From Lama glama (Eukaryota), in contig CM052816.1 of the NCBI GenBank assembly GCA_028534125.1, positions 44,518,001 to 44,582,000 of the forward strand: DNA of 64,000 bases, in the 5' to 3' direction. Positions 38,546 to 52,291 of the stretch are shown here, one piece after another. The notes under the pieces are model-generated. The model searched no databases, was not told the origin of the DNA, and saw only the letters and a list, made by a program, of their open reading frames with translations. Each line of letters starts with the position of its first letter. The stretch's first letter is position 1. The position numbers were made by a program, and so were the translations under genes.

Positions 38546-41059
38546 AATCTAGCAATAATACGTAATTTAAAACCTGAACTTCCTTAATCTTTTTTAAAGA
38601 GAAGGTGTAAAATCAGATACTGCCTATGTGAAAGTCTGTGGTACCTAAAAACCAATAGTGAAATGAATTCCAGAAGCTAAAATTTTAATTCTCAGTACTA
38701 AATATTAAATCTGTGATAAGTTTGACTCTGCCATGTTTCATGGGGCCAGGCACCTCTGAAGGGAGTTAGACGGTGACCTCCACCATCCCACAGATCAGGC
38801 CAGCTTGTCTCTTTGGGTTCACAGGGTTTCCAAGAGCTAAGCAATGGCCTCATAGGAAATTGCTTCTTTTTTAGTTGATTGAAAAAACCATGCAACTAGT
38901 TAATGAGTGTGAACAATGTTATTCAGTTTTTTGATGGAATAGCAAAGGTTAAATGGAAAGTAATAAATCTAATATCTGTGCTCTAAAAATTCACCTATTC
39001 ACAGATGAATTAGTCATTTGTGTGTATCTCTATAGGAATTCTTAAAATGAATATAAGATGTGTTCATTTTCAACATACCTTGAAATAAAGCCTAATTGTG
39101 TTTTATATGTACGCAGAAGCCAGAACATTTGAAAAATCCCATGCATTAAAAGAAATGTGAGGTCAAGGAACTGAGACTATTACTGTTGCCTCCTAGGAAA
39201 TTAAAAATGTACTAGAGGAAAAAGAGGAAGTATCAGAGAGCGCTAAAATGAAACCATAATCTGATTTACTTAAATGAGTGTAGATACCACTTTTGCACCA
39301 TGTACAAACGTGGTTTCTAAGCACACAGTTGTGTATTTATTTGAAGGAAAACAACACTGACTTATTTACTTATTTAGCTGACTAAAATAGTCCAAAATTC
39401 CTTAATGAGTCATTTGTATGTATTCAGTCCATCTTTTCTCCTACCAGTGTGTGAGCCTTCTCTCTTCATTTCACTACCCAGAAATTGTGTAGGTAATTAG
39501 AGGAACATGTTGTCTATGGAAGCCAACTATTTGAGTAAGTCCAGTGATCCTTTATTCCCAACACTCTAACTCATACTCAGAGGGAGTTATTAGGTAAAAT
39601 TTCTCAATATATATTTTATACATCTTATCTATACTATAAGTCTACCTCACAGAATTTGGAATACTCTTGTTATAAAGAGTAACCAATACTGAAAACATCT
39701 TTTAGACTTTATCTTTTATCCAAAGGGAGACCCAGTAGCAGCAGTCACATCTTTGGCTTCATAACAATTACTGGAAATATGTTTATTTACCATCAAACTG
39801 TATATACAAATTCACAAAGCTATGAGTCTACTAGAATACATCTTTTCCTCAATCCTTAGAGAAGATATATCAAATGGAATTAGTTTTTATGTAAATCACC
39901 TCTTCTGTGCTACTCCCATAAATGTTCCATAATTAAATATGATGGAGGGAATAATAAATATAATTAAGAATAGGAAGAATGGGCTGTTCTCAAAACAAAC
40001 TTTCCATGAAGGTCAATTGCTATCACTGGAATTTTCTGCCTTTTTTTGCCCAAGGACCATTGGAAGACAGATTTTGTATTTCCCTGTCAGCTCATGTTTG
40101 ACTTTTGCCATTTATATAAATACAAAGTAAAAAGTCATAGAAGAGGTAATGGGTGCTTCCAGCTTTTCCACTAACATAAGAAAGATGCAAGGGCTCTAAT
40201 ATTCTTAGTCATTGACATTTACAACTATGGGTTTGTTTTTAATACAGGGCAGTGAGCAATGTACTTAAGGCCTCAGAAAATGCTTTATGGCGTACACTAA
40301 AGGTGAATCACTTTTTTACTAGATTTATTAGCTAGAGGAATTGCAATCTCAAGAGGAAATTTAGCCAGTTTTAACCCAAGTAAGTGCTTTTCATAGTTAT
40401 TTCCTCTTGAATTCTCAGCAGGGCTCAGGCATTCTAAATGTCCTATTCAGGGATCCTGATTTCTTTCCCCCAGCTGGTTTCTGCCACCTTGGGTACTGAC
40501 AGAGTACTCATTAACAAACTAATTGATTTTTATTAATTATCTGTGGTATAATCTTTCCACTGTTTTCCCCCCTAGTATCTAAGCTTATTAACTCTAAATA
40601 CACATACACACAACATAATTAGTCCTTAAGAAACTTTGGAATAAGAATAAACTCAAACATACAAATCGCACAGATGAAAGTATTAAGAAAAAGCTAAATA
40701 CTCCGTTTTTACAATGCCACTTTACAAAAGTTATATAGAATTATAAATACTGAGTGAAAAAGAAACAGAATTAGGGAGAAGTCTAAGGTAGCTTTTAAAA
40801 GCAGTTCACATATTAGTTAAGATAAAATGTACAGTTGTGTATTTAAATCATAATTAGAAGAAAACTATTCAGATGAAAACATAACCCAGTAAAGAACAAA
40901 TTTCAGCAATCCCAGAGAACAGCCACTTTCTTACTGTTTTTCTGAAGGGTTGGTTACGGCAGGCTTTAATAAAGATATAAGTCAACATAAAATGCATTAT
41001 TAAAATGTTATCATAAAAAGAAATAAAATTGTGGAAATGTCAATCTAATAGCCTCAGAG

Positions 41060-41310
41060 GGAAGCAATTTAATGGTACTGATGAAAAACATGGAGTTTGG
41101 GATACAAGTTCCCATATCCAAGTCACGGCTCTGCATCTTTCTAACTATGTGGTTTGGGGCAAGTTCCTTAACCTCCACAAGCCTCAGATTCCTTATGTAG
41201 TACTAAGTTAATAATAGTATGCATATCATCAGGTTGTTGTCATGAAATGAAAGGAGATGATGCTTGGTGCCACTGCTAGCGTATAATAAAGCCTCAGTAA
41301 GTGACACGTG
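41060..41310 (+). mobile_element. MIR SINE
   Basis: 'actatgtggtttggggcaagttccttaacctccacaagcctcagattcct...ataatagta'. Confidence 0.85.
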
Positions 41311-42089
41311 TGTGATGACTATATCATCCTTTTTATTATTTAGTCCTACACTTATACACTTACTGCTGTACACGTATCAATATAAAATAAGGTACAAAGT
41401 AGATTTTAAAAGAAAGTTACTCTAAATTTCCAATTTTTATTCAGTATTTTATGTTGATTCTTTCACGAGGTCTAATAAAGATTTCATTATGCTAGTCCCT
41501 ACCGCCCTCAATCACACACACTTTCTCCATTATTTGTAATATCACAGGTAGCACACTGACTTCGGCATCAGTATCATGTTTCATTTGTCTCTTGATCGGT
41601 TCTCACAACAAAACCCATCATTAAATAAATAAACAAGTAAACTTAATTACCTCCTTCCAAAAACAAACAAAAACAAAGTGAAGTGATCTTTATGTCCATA
41701 TCTAGAGAATGAAAATTTCCTTCTTTTCACTTTGATAAATGTTCTATCTCCTCCATGCTCTGATTTCTACTTGTCAAGGAAAAAAAAAAACTAAGTGAAT
41801 TTTTTACTAACATATTACTGGTTGATAATAATTTAAACACCAGGAGGGTGTTTAGGAAGTGGTTCTTTAGTGATGAAGTTGCAGGTAATACAGGATAATG
41901 AGAGTAGGACCAAAGAAGTTGCTACATTTCCCAAACACAGAAATTTCTTGTGTATTTATATAGAAAGTTGGACCTGAATGCAGTTACACTTCAATTTAAA
42001 TCTTTAAATATATCAGGATATTCTTATTAGGTGATAAATACTTATAACTTAATGTGAAAAATACCAAAAAAAGTAACAAGTTGAGAATA

Positions 42090-42215
42090 CCTGTGTAACA
42101 TGGGTAATAAATTCACAATAGCAAAAATCCAAAAACAAGTCAAATGTCTGGCTATAGATAAGAAGTTAAAAAATTACTTCATGTGATGAATACTGTGCCT
42201 CCATTAAAAAGTCAA
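42090..42215 (+). mobile_element. Old L1 3' region fragment
   Basis: 'attcacaatagcaaaaatccaaaaacaagtcaaatgtc...tgatgaatactgtgcctccattaaaa'. Confidence 0.7.
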
Positions 42216-45149
42216 GCCCTTTAGTTATTTTCACAAGACTGCCATTTATATGTACTGTAAGATCCTGTGAAATAATACATAGATGACTGGAAAAGAACGT
42301 ACACTATGTACATTCTGTCTTAAGTCACATTAAATGAAAAGTTATATCATATTCAGCAGTCTTCCTCAAAGAAGCTGAAGACTGACTATTGCTCAGTCAT
42401 ATTTTTATAAAGGTATAGGGTGAGAACAATGTCTGTTATGTCTCAGTTTTATTCCTTTCCTTAAAAATCTACTCATTCTTTGTAACTCTGTGCAATATAC
42501 TGAAGAATCTTAGAAATCACACATACTTCTCAGATTTTCCACTAAATTTAAACAAAACGCTATTAACATTCTTTGGCTGTAGTTCTGATGTGGATGTGAA
42601 TTTTTTCCTTTGCTAAAGGCAGATCACTGAGAGGGTCATGGAAATGGGGCTTTGAATGCATTTCTCCGCTTCCTCTGGATACGCTGAAAACACTGTGTAC
42701 CACATGTAAGATTATGTCCAATCACAGAAGCCCAAGTAGCCAAGCTGAAATGACTTCCGCCAGGCAAAATCCAAAGCACAACCCATACACGGAACGATTC
42801 ACACACTGCTCATGGATGACCTTTCCATCTGATGCTGAACAACTGGTTTTGAGAGTAAATCCTCAAGATTATAAACTGTAGCAATTTTTTTTTAAAATAC
42901 CTGTGGTTTTTCCCTGTTGTTCAGTGAACAAAAGAGCTATAGTCTAAAAAGAATGAAAACTACTAGCATTTTATTTCACTCTTAAGTCATCTAAATTTTG
43001 ACTCAACTTTGTTACTTCTAGAGGAAAAAGTAAACGCAAATGAAACACAATTTTAAAACCTGGAAAAAGTATGAAGAATACAGAATAGTGTATGATGCAA
43101 CTCTGTAAACCAATCAAAACTGTTAAAGCTAGTCACAGTATATAATTTTTCAATAAAAATCATGGTAGGAAATTAAAACACCACCACCATAGACGATATA
43201 TAAATAAGAAGCACAATTCTCAGTATTATGATGTTATGATGAGCTGCACTCAAATATAAATTCAAAAGCAATGATTTTAAAGCAAATACACAAACACTTC
43301 TCTATCTAGGCTGTATCAACTTAAAAAAAGTTTTCAACGGCAAGGAAGGAGACAACAGAATTAGAGAAAAGTCCTATATCTAACACTAAAGTCCTATGAC
43401 CATTTTGTTGGACAGAAACAAGATTACTACAAAAACTGCAAATTATGATTTGTGCTATTTCTGAACCTCCATTTACTTCCTTCTCAGGCATGTTTCCTGT
43501 GATAAACTGTGAGATTTAATGAAGTCATGCTAATGGGAATAAGCTCAAATCTTGGTGAGAATCACACAATAGCAAAGAGAAAAATCAATGATTCTACTAG
43601 TTAGCTCTTTTGAAAAGTGTTCACTTAGGCAGGGAGCAAGGGAATTAGGTATCTACCTTTGTGCTTTTATCCTTGTAGGTCAGTTAATAGTCCTATCACA
43701 GGCCCAGCAGGATCTAATTCTATTTTATGCATGAACACTAGTCAGGTGATATATTGCTCTTTAAATTCTAGCATCACATTCTTTTTCTTCACTGTGCTTA
43801 CTTTGAAAGCAAATTTACTACTCATAAAAATAAGCTGTTGACAGTGATTCAATGTCCACAAACAAAGACTGCTATTTACCTGTTTCTCTATGCACCAACA
43901 CTCAATGCACCAAACGAAAGGGGGTTCCAGTATTTGGAAAAGAGAAGCAGAGAAGGAGGATGAGGGGGAGAGAGAGATCATTTGAAAATGAAATAATTAT
44001 TTACAAACTACTTTCAGTGCAAACACTTCCAATGACACTATTATTCCTTTTATATTTTCCCTCATTTCCATTTTATTTAACAAAACGCACAAAAGAGATC
44101 TAAAATATTCAGAATTTGGGGGGACTAAGCTAAGCTAATATGACTAAATTATTTCTATATAGGACTTACAAAGAATTAAAAACATTCCGACCCCAAAACT
44201 AGAAAGTCAACTTCAGAAAGCCAAAAAAAAAAAAATTGCCTTAGATCTTGACATCTGGATGACCCCTCTCTGCATCCCAGCTATCCAGCAGTTTGGTGGC
44301 TGCAATCCAAGTGGTGGAACCATTGTCCTGCACAGCTAATCTTCAGAGTAAAGATTCCCATAATTTTAGGTACCCAGGATGCCTCAGCCAATCCCAACTT
44401 TGTGATACATCATAGTTTCAGCAAAATTTTAGGCACACTGCAATTGCTCACTACTTGTTTTGTTTTTCATCTTCTCAAAAATGAAAATTACTTTCTTAGA
44501 AATGATTCTAGTGAAGAAAGATAGTTTTGAAATCAACAGCTATTAGATGTATATACATATACAAGACACGTAAGCTGTGTTATATAACATTTTGTACATA
44601 AACATGTGACAAAGCACACTTTTACTCAGAAGAAAATAGTTGTTAAATACCCGTTTTATCTTTCTTCTTTACTAGAAGATATTAGCCATGTCCTAAAAGC
44701 CATGCCTTAGGTGTTCAACTTATGGCAACATATATAATAATGAGATGGAACAGAATGATGTAAAACAAGTAAGTCATGGGAAAATGAGCACATGTATTAG
44801 AGCAAAATTATATGTGTATGCAACTGATTCAAAAATTCTGCTCACCACATATTTATTGATTCTCTAATATTAGCCTGAGTGCTTATATTTTGAAATGTAA
44901 AACAGAAGAAATTCAATTTCTGTAACCAAAGAAAATCTATTCTTCCTAGTTTTAGAGAGCAATAGAATTTTTTAAAATACCAGCACGCTCTAGAAAGGGG
45001 AACTACTAATAAAAATCCTTAAAATTCTATATTTACCTAAACATCAAGAGAATGATGAGTCTGAGTAGAAAGCATAGCTATAGAGAACTAGACAGAGGAA
45101 TCTCTCCTTTCTCTCTACCTGGGGTAGGAGTGTATTATATACAATGCTG

Positions 45150-45250
45150 TAAGGGGAAAGGTTCTGGGAGTCAGAAGACTTACCTCTTTATCTTGTTCCA
45201 GCTGCACAATCTTGGATAAATCACTCAACTCATTAAAAACCTGAACTATG
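45150..45250 (+). mobile_element. MIR fragment
   Basis: 'ctgggagtcagaagac...atcttggataaatcactcaact'. Confidence 0.55.
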
Positions 45251-47543
45251 TGTTTTAGTTTGCTTTTAAGGATTTTGTTCCAGATGCATAATTTCATACA
45301 TGCTGAAATAACATTTTGGAGTAAAGAGCTTACCTCTTCAAGTACTAAATTTTAGGATTTAACTTATAAACCTGTATTCTATTTAACGAAAAATAATTAT
45401 ATAGTTTCCTGATAACATGAAACTACTGTTAATGGCATATTCACCTCACTTAGGGAAAAATCCCACAAAAACAATTTGCCAAGAAGGACTTTTCAAAGAT
45501 GTAGTATTTGTAAAAAACTGTTGACTTCTGCTTATGACTGCTAGAAATGTGCAAAGTGACTTTTTTGTAAGCTCCATTTCTAAGACTTGGTTTTTATGAC
45601 TTACTGCTGATAAACCATTTGTATGGTAAAATGCATTTCTGCAGTTCTGTATTTATGATAAGCTAATTTCTAGAAGTGGCTTGGCATTCAGGGTATCCTC
45701 ATGGACCAGCTGAAACAAATGCTGACTGGATTCTTCTTTTTAATAGGCTTTATAATCCTGAACTGTTTTAGTCCATGGTACAAGAGAAAGAATAGTGGAA
45801 TAGCGAGTCTGATGCACTGAATCCCAAGCAAGTGAAAGTGACCTTGCTACACACGGCTGTGTAGAGGGGGTAGATGAGGAGATGGAGCTATCTGTGAATA
45901 CGTTCAGCTAGAGGACAAAAAGCAAGGAATGCTGCTCCAGAGAAGAAAATGCTTTATATGGTAGATTCGTGAAATACCACCTTGATACATTAAACAGAAA
46001 TATTCCTTTATTTACCAGATTCTAAGATAATGATCTTGATTTTTCACCTGGTAGCAACTCTGTTAAGAATCTGCCTCCAATATCAAAAGCCTGACTAGTT
46101 TTGTAAAGGGCTCTGTGTGGACCGGATTGATTCTGGAAGTTTGAGTCACTGTCTCTCTTAGTCTGAGACTCCTGGGACAACCCAGATTTTTTTAAGTATA
46201 CGTAAATTTCCAATTAATTTGTTCTTGTCACTTGGGAAATCCATTGACCTGAAACTGAAATCAATCCTTTGAGAACACTGTCAGTAGCCTTTTCAAGAAT
46301 TATGTAGCTAAACCTCAGTTTAATAATGATTTGGCCCAAAACAAATTTGTTCCTTAACCATGAATCGAATAATCACATAGAGGATTACAACCATGTGATT
46401 CTTCGACTTCTAGTAATACCTAAATAATTTGTTTTTATCTCACTTTTTGTTTCTGTACAATTTTTTAATATGCTACAATGTCTACACTCTTCTATAATTG
46501 GAATGTTTTCTTCCAAACCTCACAGCTCAACAAGTACCAAGATAATAAGATATGTATCTTAAAAATCATTCATCTTCTTAAACTTCGTAATTGAAAGTAT
46601 TGCGGAACTAGCATCAATTACTTTTATTAAATATTCACATTCAACTTTTCAGAGTAACCTCTTTTCCATACCATAGGCAGGTATATTAGCTTTAATTATT
46701 TAAATAGATTTGAGGGATTTATACATTTGATTTCTTAGTCAATTAGAAAATTGCCTTAAGAACCAACTATTTATGTAATTGTCTGCAGTTTAGGAAATCA
46801 GTTACCCCAAGTGGAAAAAGTCAAAGAAGAGAAGAAATACAACACCAGTATTTGAAGAACATGGTTTAGACATTTTAAGATGATATTTAAATGTTTTGAA
46901 GAATTTCTGGTTTATCCTAGGGATCACTTAGCCAATAAACTTAGAAATATTAAATATAGGACCATTAATATTTCTAAAATGAAATAGAAATAGGTGACAT
47001 AGGAAAGCTGAGAAAGTCCTATTGAATGAAAATGGGTGAGGATAATAATATCTACAGAGAGGGTGACAAGGAAGGAAAATTAAAAGTCTCTTAGGAAATA
47101 TCCTGGTCAAGGCGATTATATCTATATCTTGCTTTATGGTACAAGCCGGGCTGAAATTTTATAATGAAATGACCCTGACCTGAAGCCTCCTTTGTAAATG
47201 ACTAGTGCCTTAATTATTTGCATCTGTGAACTCAAATGAACATACTTAAGGATATATCAATATGCTCATAAATCATCTGCAGGCGATAAGTAGTCCAACA
47301 TAGATAATTAGAGAATTTACGGAAGGCTTACTCCCTCTGTTTATCTGCTTATGACATTTGCGGTACAGCCCTAACAGCAGGATAATTACTAGATTTATTC
47401 ATCAAACAAAATCACGCCTTCTGGGAATGCACAGTGACTCCGGTTTTAGGACTAATAAAGACATTTTTCACCAAAACTCAAGTACTAATTTGCTCAATAA
47501 CTAGCTGCAATAAGCTTTTATGGAAGCACTCAAAGAAAAAGCT

Positions 47544-47560
47544 TGGCACCAGAGGGCAGA
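47544..47560 (+). promoter_or_regulatory. CTCF-like motif
   Basis: TGGCACCAGAGGGCAGA resembles the CTCF core CCACCAG(A/G)GGGC(A/G). Motif match only. Confidence 0.35.
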
Positions 47561-48220
47561 TAATTAAAGGTGCAGTATCCCCATACAAAAGGATCTGAAC
47601 AATTCCCTGACCATATTAAAATTTAATTGTTGAATGTTAATTGAAAAAAATATAAGTCGCTTCTGTTCTCTGCATTTCAGTAATTATTCTCCTCAGATCA
47701 AAAACACATCTTCATGTCAAAGTTAGCAACAAAAGAAAACCTAAAGTAAAGTGCTCTCAACACCTGTCATAGGACACCCCTATAAAAAAGAAATAAAAAT
47801 TAAAATGTTTTCCACAGTAGTTATCTTAACTAAAGCTGGAATGCATCTGCGTTGAATCCTCCTCCCTCCCTCCACCATCCCTCCTCACACACACAAATGC
47901 AAGAGTTATGGTCGCTTGTTTTTCATTAAAAGTTTCAACAACTTTGTAATGGCTCGGAATATTTTAGTGATTTGAGAACCTAAGTATTGAACTGCATTTC
48001 CCCTTCATAATTCTTTGAAAGCCCCATTGTTTTATTCATTAGGAGTTCTTTATGTTCACAAAATGGAGCCACTTCAAATAGAGAAGTATTCTTAACCAAA
48101 ATCTTTTGAGTATTAATTAGGTAAAGGGATCAGAGTCTAGAGTTTACTTTTCCACATAGAAGGCTGCTTCTCAAAGAATTATTGAAGAATCTCAGTTAAA
48201 TTCTAAATGTTTACACCATC

Positions 48221-48272
48221 ATTCTGCTAACAGAAAAATTATGAAATTCTGCTAACAGAAGAATTATGAAAT
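48221..48272. repeat. Tandem duplication, 2 x 25 bp
   Basis: ATTCTGCTAACAGAA(A/G)AATTATGAA twice, one mismatch. Confidence 0.95.
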
Positions 48273-49564
48273 ATCCTTTTCCAAATGTTTCTGAGTGGGA
48301 CCACAAGGGTGTTCCCCAGAAGCTAAGCTTTTACTACACCAAAATCAGAAATGCTCCAGCCCTTGGGTTCACTTTCTGCTGCAAAGGAATGATGAACTAC
48401 ACAAAATGCAGACTTTTAAACTCATATTTAATTGTTTAATGTCATGGCTCTTGGTAGAGCATTGTTGCTTGAAAAATAAATTGGGTAATTCAATTAAATG
48501 GCTACAGAAGATACATCATATCAGATGTAGAAAGGCAGTAACCCCAGCTTGAACTTGACGTCCCACATCGCTTCACTTATTTGACAAATGGATTCTTGAA
48601 AATAATTGAAACACATGGCTGCCAGCATAGGTCAATAATACTTTTTTGCCATTCAGCCTCTTAACAGCTTCCATTTTTTCTTGCACTGTGCCATTCAGGG
48701 CAAAGATTGCATTTGCCTGGTAAATCATGCAAGCATTATTACTAAAATGGGACTAAATGCAATGAAAATGGACTACATAAAAGTAATGGCACTTAAGTAA
48801 AAGGAAGACCATCTACTAGGGCAAACACTAAATGTCAGAGTTAAATACTATATGACATTACTTCCATTACAAGCTCATATTATGCACATCAGAAAGCAAA
48901 CTCACTAACTATAGCCGCATGCTACATTTTCATATTGTTAACTTATACAATGTTTTCAAGACAACTACTGCTAATCCAGATTTAAAGCAGAGCTATGGAT
49001 CTGCTATTGCAAGCTTTTTCTCCCATCTCTCTTTAACTACAATATTACATTTAAGCAAAAAGCGAATCACTGCCTAAATTTTCAATTGAACATCACTAAC
49101 AGATTTAAAGACCAATAGTGGTCTATGTGAAAACACTGGGGGGAGAAAAAACTGAATTATAAACAAAGAAATTTAAAAGTTCTATTCAGATAAAAAGCCT
49201 CTAAATGGGAGGAAGAAAAAAAAGGGAAAATATGTGTTTTAACCTAGAGTATACATACTGGGAGGTATATTTTAAAAATCATAATTAATTCTTAACTCTC
49301 AACTTTGTGTTGATAAACTTTGAATAATCAAGAGGGAACTAGTAGATAAAGCAGATGTGAAGATCTAAATAACAACAGACTTTATTTTCCATTCAAAACA
49401 AGAGACCACCAGCTTCTTAGTATTTGTGTTTTGGTGTGGTTTTTGATAAGAAAAGGTGTCCCAGGTTCTTAACGTTCAAACCTTCAAAAATTATTTCACA
49501 ATCAGACAATAATGCAATCAAAATACCTAGGATTGACTCATGACCCCAACCCGTGGCCAACAGC

Positions 49565-49665
49565 CAATTACTAAACACGTTTATGCCTCAGTTTTCACAT
49601 CTGTAAAATGAATATATAATTTCACCCTCATGAGTCTCTTAAGAGGATTAAAGTATTCAATAAGT
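49565..49665 (+). mobile_element. MIR fragment
   Basis: MIR core 'tgcctcagttttcacatctgtaaaatg...aagaggattaaa'. Confidence 0.8.
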
Positions 49666-51784
49666 TCCTAGTGAAAAAAAAAAGACTCAGGAAATGTCTC
49701 CAGGCATTGTAAATAGACAAATATGAATCAATCATAAGGCATTCTCCTGACAAGAGATGTTCATAAATGAACATGTGTGCATTTTAACATTGGAGTCTCA
49801 CTGAAATATTCTGAGGTCATGTTCAATTTTTTGACACTTCCTGAATCATAAAGATCTTTAAACTTTCATTTCATTGATCCTTATCTTTCCTTTTGACATC
49901 ATAACTTCTTAAATTTATACTGCAACTATCAACATCCACTGATTTTAAACTTCAGATGAACCCAAACCCAGCTGGCTTCCTTTAGGAGCTAACTGGGCCA
50001 TTCAGGTTCCTAAAGCATATTAGACAACTCCTCTCCAGTCAAGCCTCGTAAGCACTGGGACAGCAAACTACGTGGGCCCCTTAAAGAGTGTGACTATGGT
50101 TTAAAAATTTCTTCATGATTCAACAAGCCCCTTGTTTGTTATTCTTTTCCTTTTTAAAACAGATCCCCTACCCCTGCTGCCATTATTCAGCTCCAATGTA
50201 ACCATTCCTTGAGACTTTCACTGCAGGTAAACATGTGTGTGTCTGATGGGGATGGTGGGTAGGACTTACGACAGAATCATTAATCAGCATTTCTGTTTTG
50301 CAGGTTTATGTTTCACAAGATTTTAGTTATTAAATAAAGTGAGTCTGTCAAAAAAATTTAATTGATTTGTGGAATTACATTTCTTCACTTCAGGTTTGTC
50401 TTGGGCTTTCAGGGAGCTAAAGCTTTGTTAAAAAGTGACACTCAAAACCCCAAAACACTGAGTGCATAGAAAACAAAGGAATCTGTTTTGTCAGGACTAC
50501 TCTTCAAGCAATACAAAGAAAAAAAATGTAAAAACAGCTATAACTAAAGAGAAAGGATAAATCACAGATCACAGACACAATCCCATGTTTCAAGCTTCAG
50601 GATGATGTTCTTGATGTATTATGGAGACCAATAAAAAAAAAACTAAGATGCACAGATTCGTATTTACCAATCAAGAGTGTGCAATGAAATTAACTTAGTT
50701 ATGACAATTAATATAATTCTGCCATATTTATCTTCATACATACAGTGTAGTAATTTAAGGGTTATTATTAGCTTTGCTTTGAAATACTACTATTTCTCTG
50801 CTATTCACTGCTTACTATGGGTAATTTTATTTTGTACAATCTTCCTGCAAAATAGTAATTCTTTAAATTTGAAAATCAAAGACCATAAAGCAAGACATGT
50901 GTATGCACTCACAGGAATAAATGTTTCGTTTCATTCTAAAATGGACTTCACACACAAAAAAATACATCATCTATTTTTAAAAGATTCTTTTAAAAAAATC
51001 TAATGAGAAAATTTCTTGGCCCAGAAGCTTGATTTAGGCAGGGTATTTCAAAATTCTCAAGGCTTACTTTTCTCAATTAAGGATTATGGAAACAATCCTG
51101 GTAAGCCTAAAGGGTTTTGAATTGTGCTTGTAGAACATTAAGCAAACATGGGTATCTCCAGATTCACAAAGCTCCAATAAAACCATGTGTATATAATTAG
51201 ATCAATCAACAGGAGCCATTATGAGATATATGTCAGAGTAAGTCTCACAACAAGCAGCCAGCCATGTACGAAGAATTAACTCCATCCACCAAAGCCCGAA
51301 AGCGCTCAATAGACAGACATCACTTAAATCTATAGTGGTATTAAATCTATTAATGGTGTGTGGGATAAATATTTTTTCAAAAAACAAGGAAACATTGTTT
51401 TTATTTTAATGTACTTTTTACTAACAAATGACAAAAGTAATGGAGTTTTTACAAGATAAACTAGGTGTTTTCCAAAGAAGTCTTACTTTCTTTTCTAAAC
51501 CAATACCAAACGCTACCATTGCTCCTTGGAAAAACAAAAAGACCTTACACCAAAAGGATAAGGTGGTATGGAAATAAGCTTTTACCTTAAAGTCAGACAA
51601 AATAAAGGGAAAGAAATCAAAGGGTAACTCCCTTAACAAGAGCCTCCTTCCAGTCCTGTGGCTTATACGGCCCAAAATACAATGCAACAACTGCAAGAAT
51701 GCTTTGTATCACTTCTTCCAAAACATTACAGCATTTTTTAGCTTTCATGAAAAAGAATTGTAAAGTAAACAAAGTACTTTATAA

Positions 51785-52216
51785 TGTAATAGGAAAGAAC
51801 AAATCTGAATCCATATTAGATCTGTTCCTTTGGCTTTAACCCTGCGCCCTGTTTTCTAGGCTTAGTCTTGCTAGCTCTGCACTCATGTAAAGATAATAAT
51901 TTACAGAATAGAGAAAAACATTTGTTTTGTTGGAGGTTTTGCAGGAGAACCATGAGCTGGCCCACTTGGACAGCTGCAAGAATAAAGAATTCCTACACCA
52001 GGAAATTTGCACCAACCAACCACACCCCCTCCCCTTTTTTTGTATAAAAGGAGCCTGTTTTCTGACTGGGGGAGGATGGTTCTCCAGGACATTAGTCAGC
52101 CATCCTCTCAGCCTGCTGGCTTTCTAAATAAAGTCGCTATTCCTTGCCCCAACACCTTGTCTCCCGATTTACTGGCCTGTCGTGCAGTGAGCAGAATGAG
52201 TTTGGACTCGGTAACA
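51785..52216 (+). mobile_element. ERV1-class solo LTR, 432 bp, with 4-bp TSD
   Basis: TG...CA termini (tgtaatagg...ggtaaca), ATAA TSD at 51781-51784 and 52217-52220, TATA-like 'tgtataaaag' near 52041 and AATAAA near 52127. A 4-bp TSD is typical of ERV1. Confidence 0.92.
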
Positions 52217-52291
52217 ATAATGGCAAAAAAAAAAAAAACCTTGAATAGTTTTGACTCTAAACCCAAAAGTTCAGTGATTTAAACACATACC

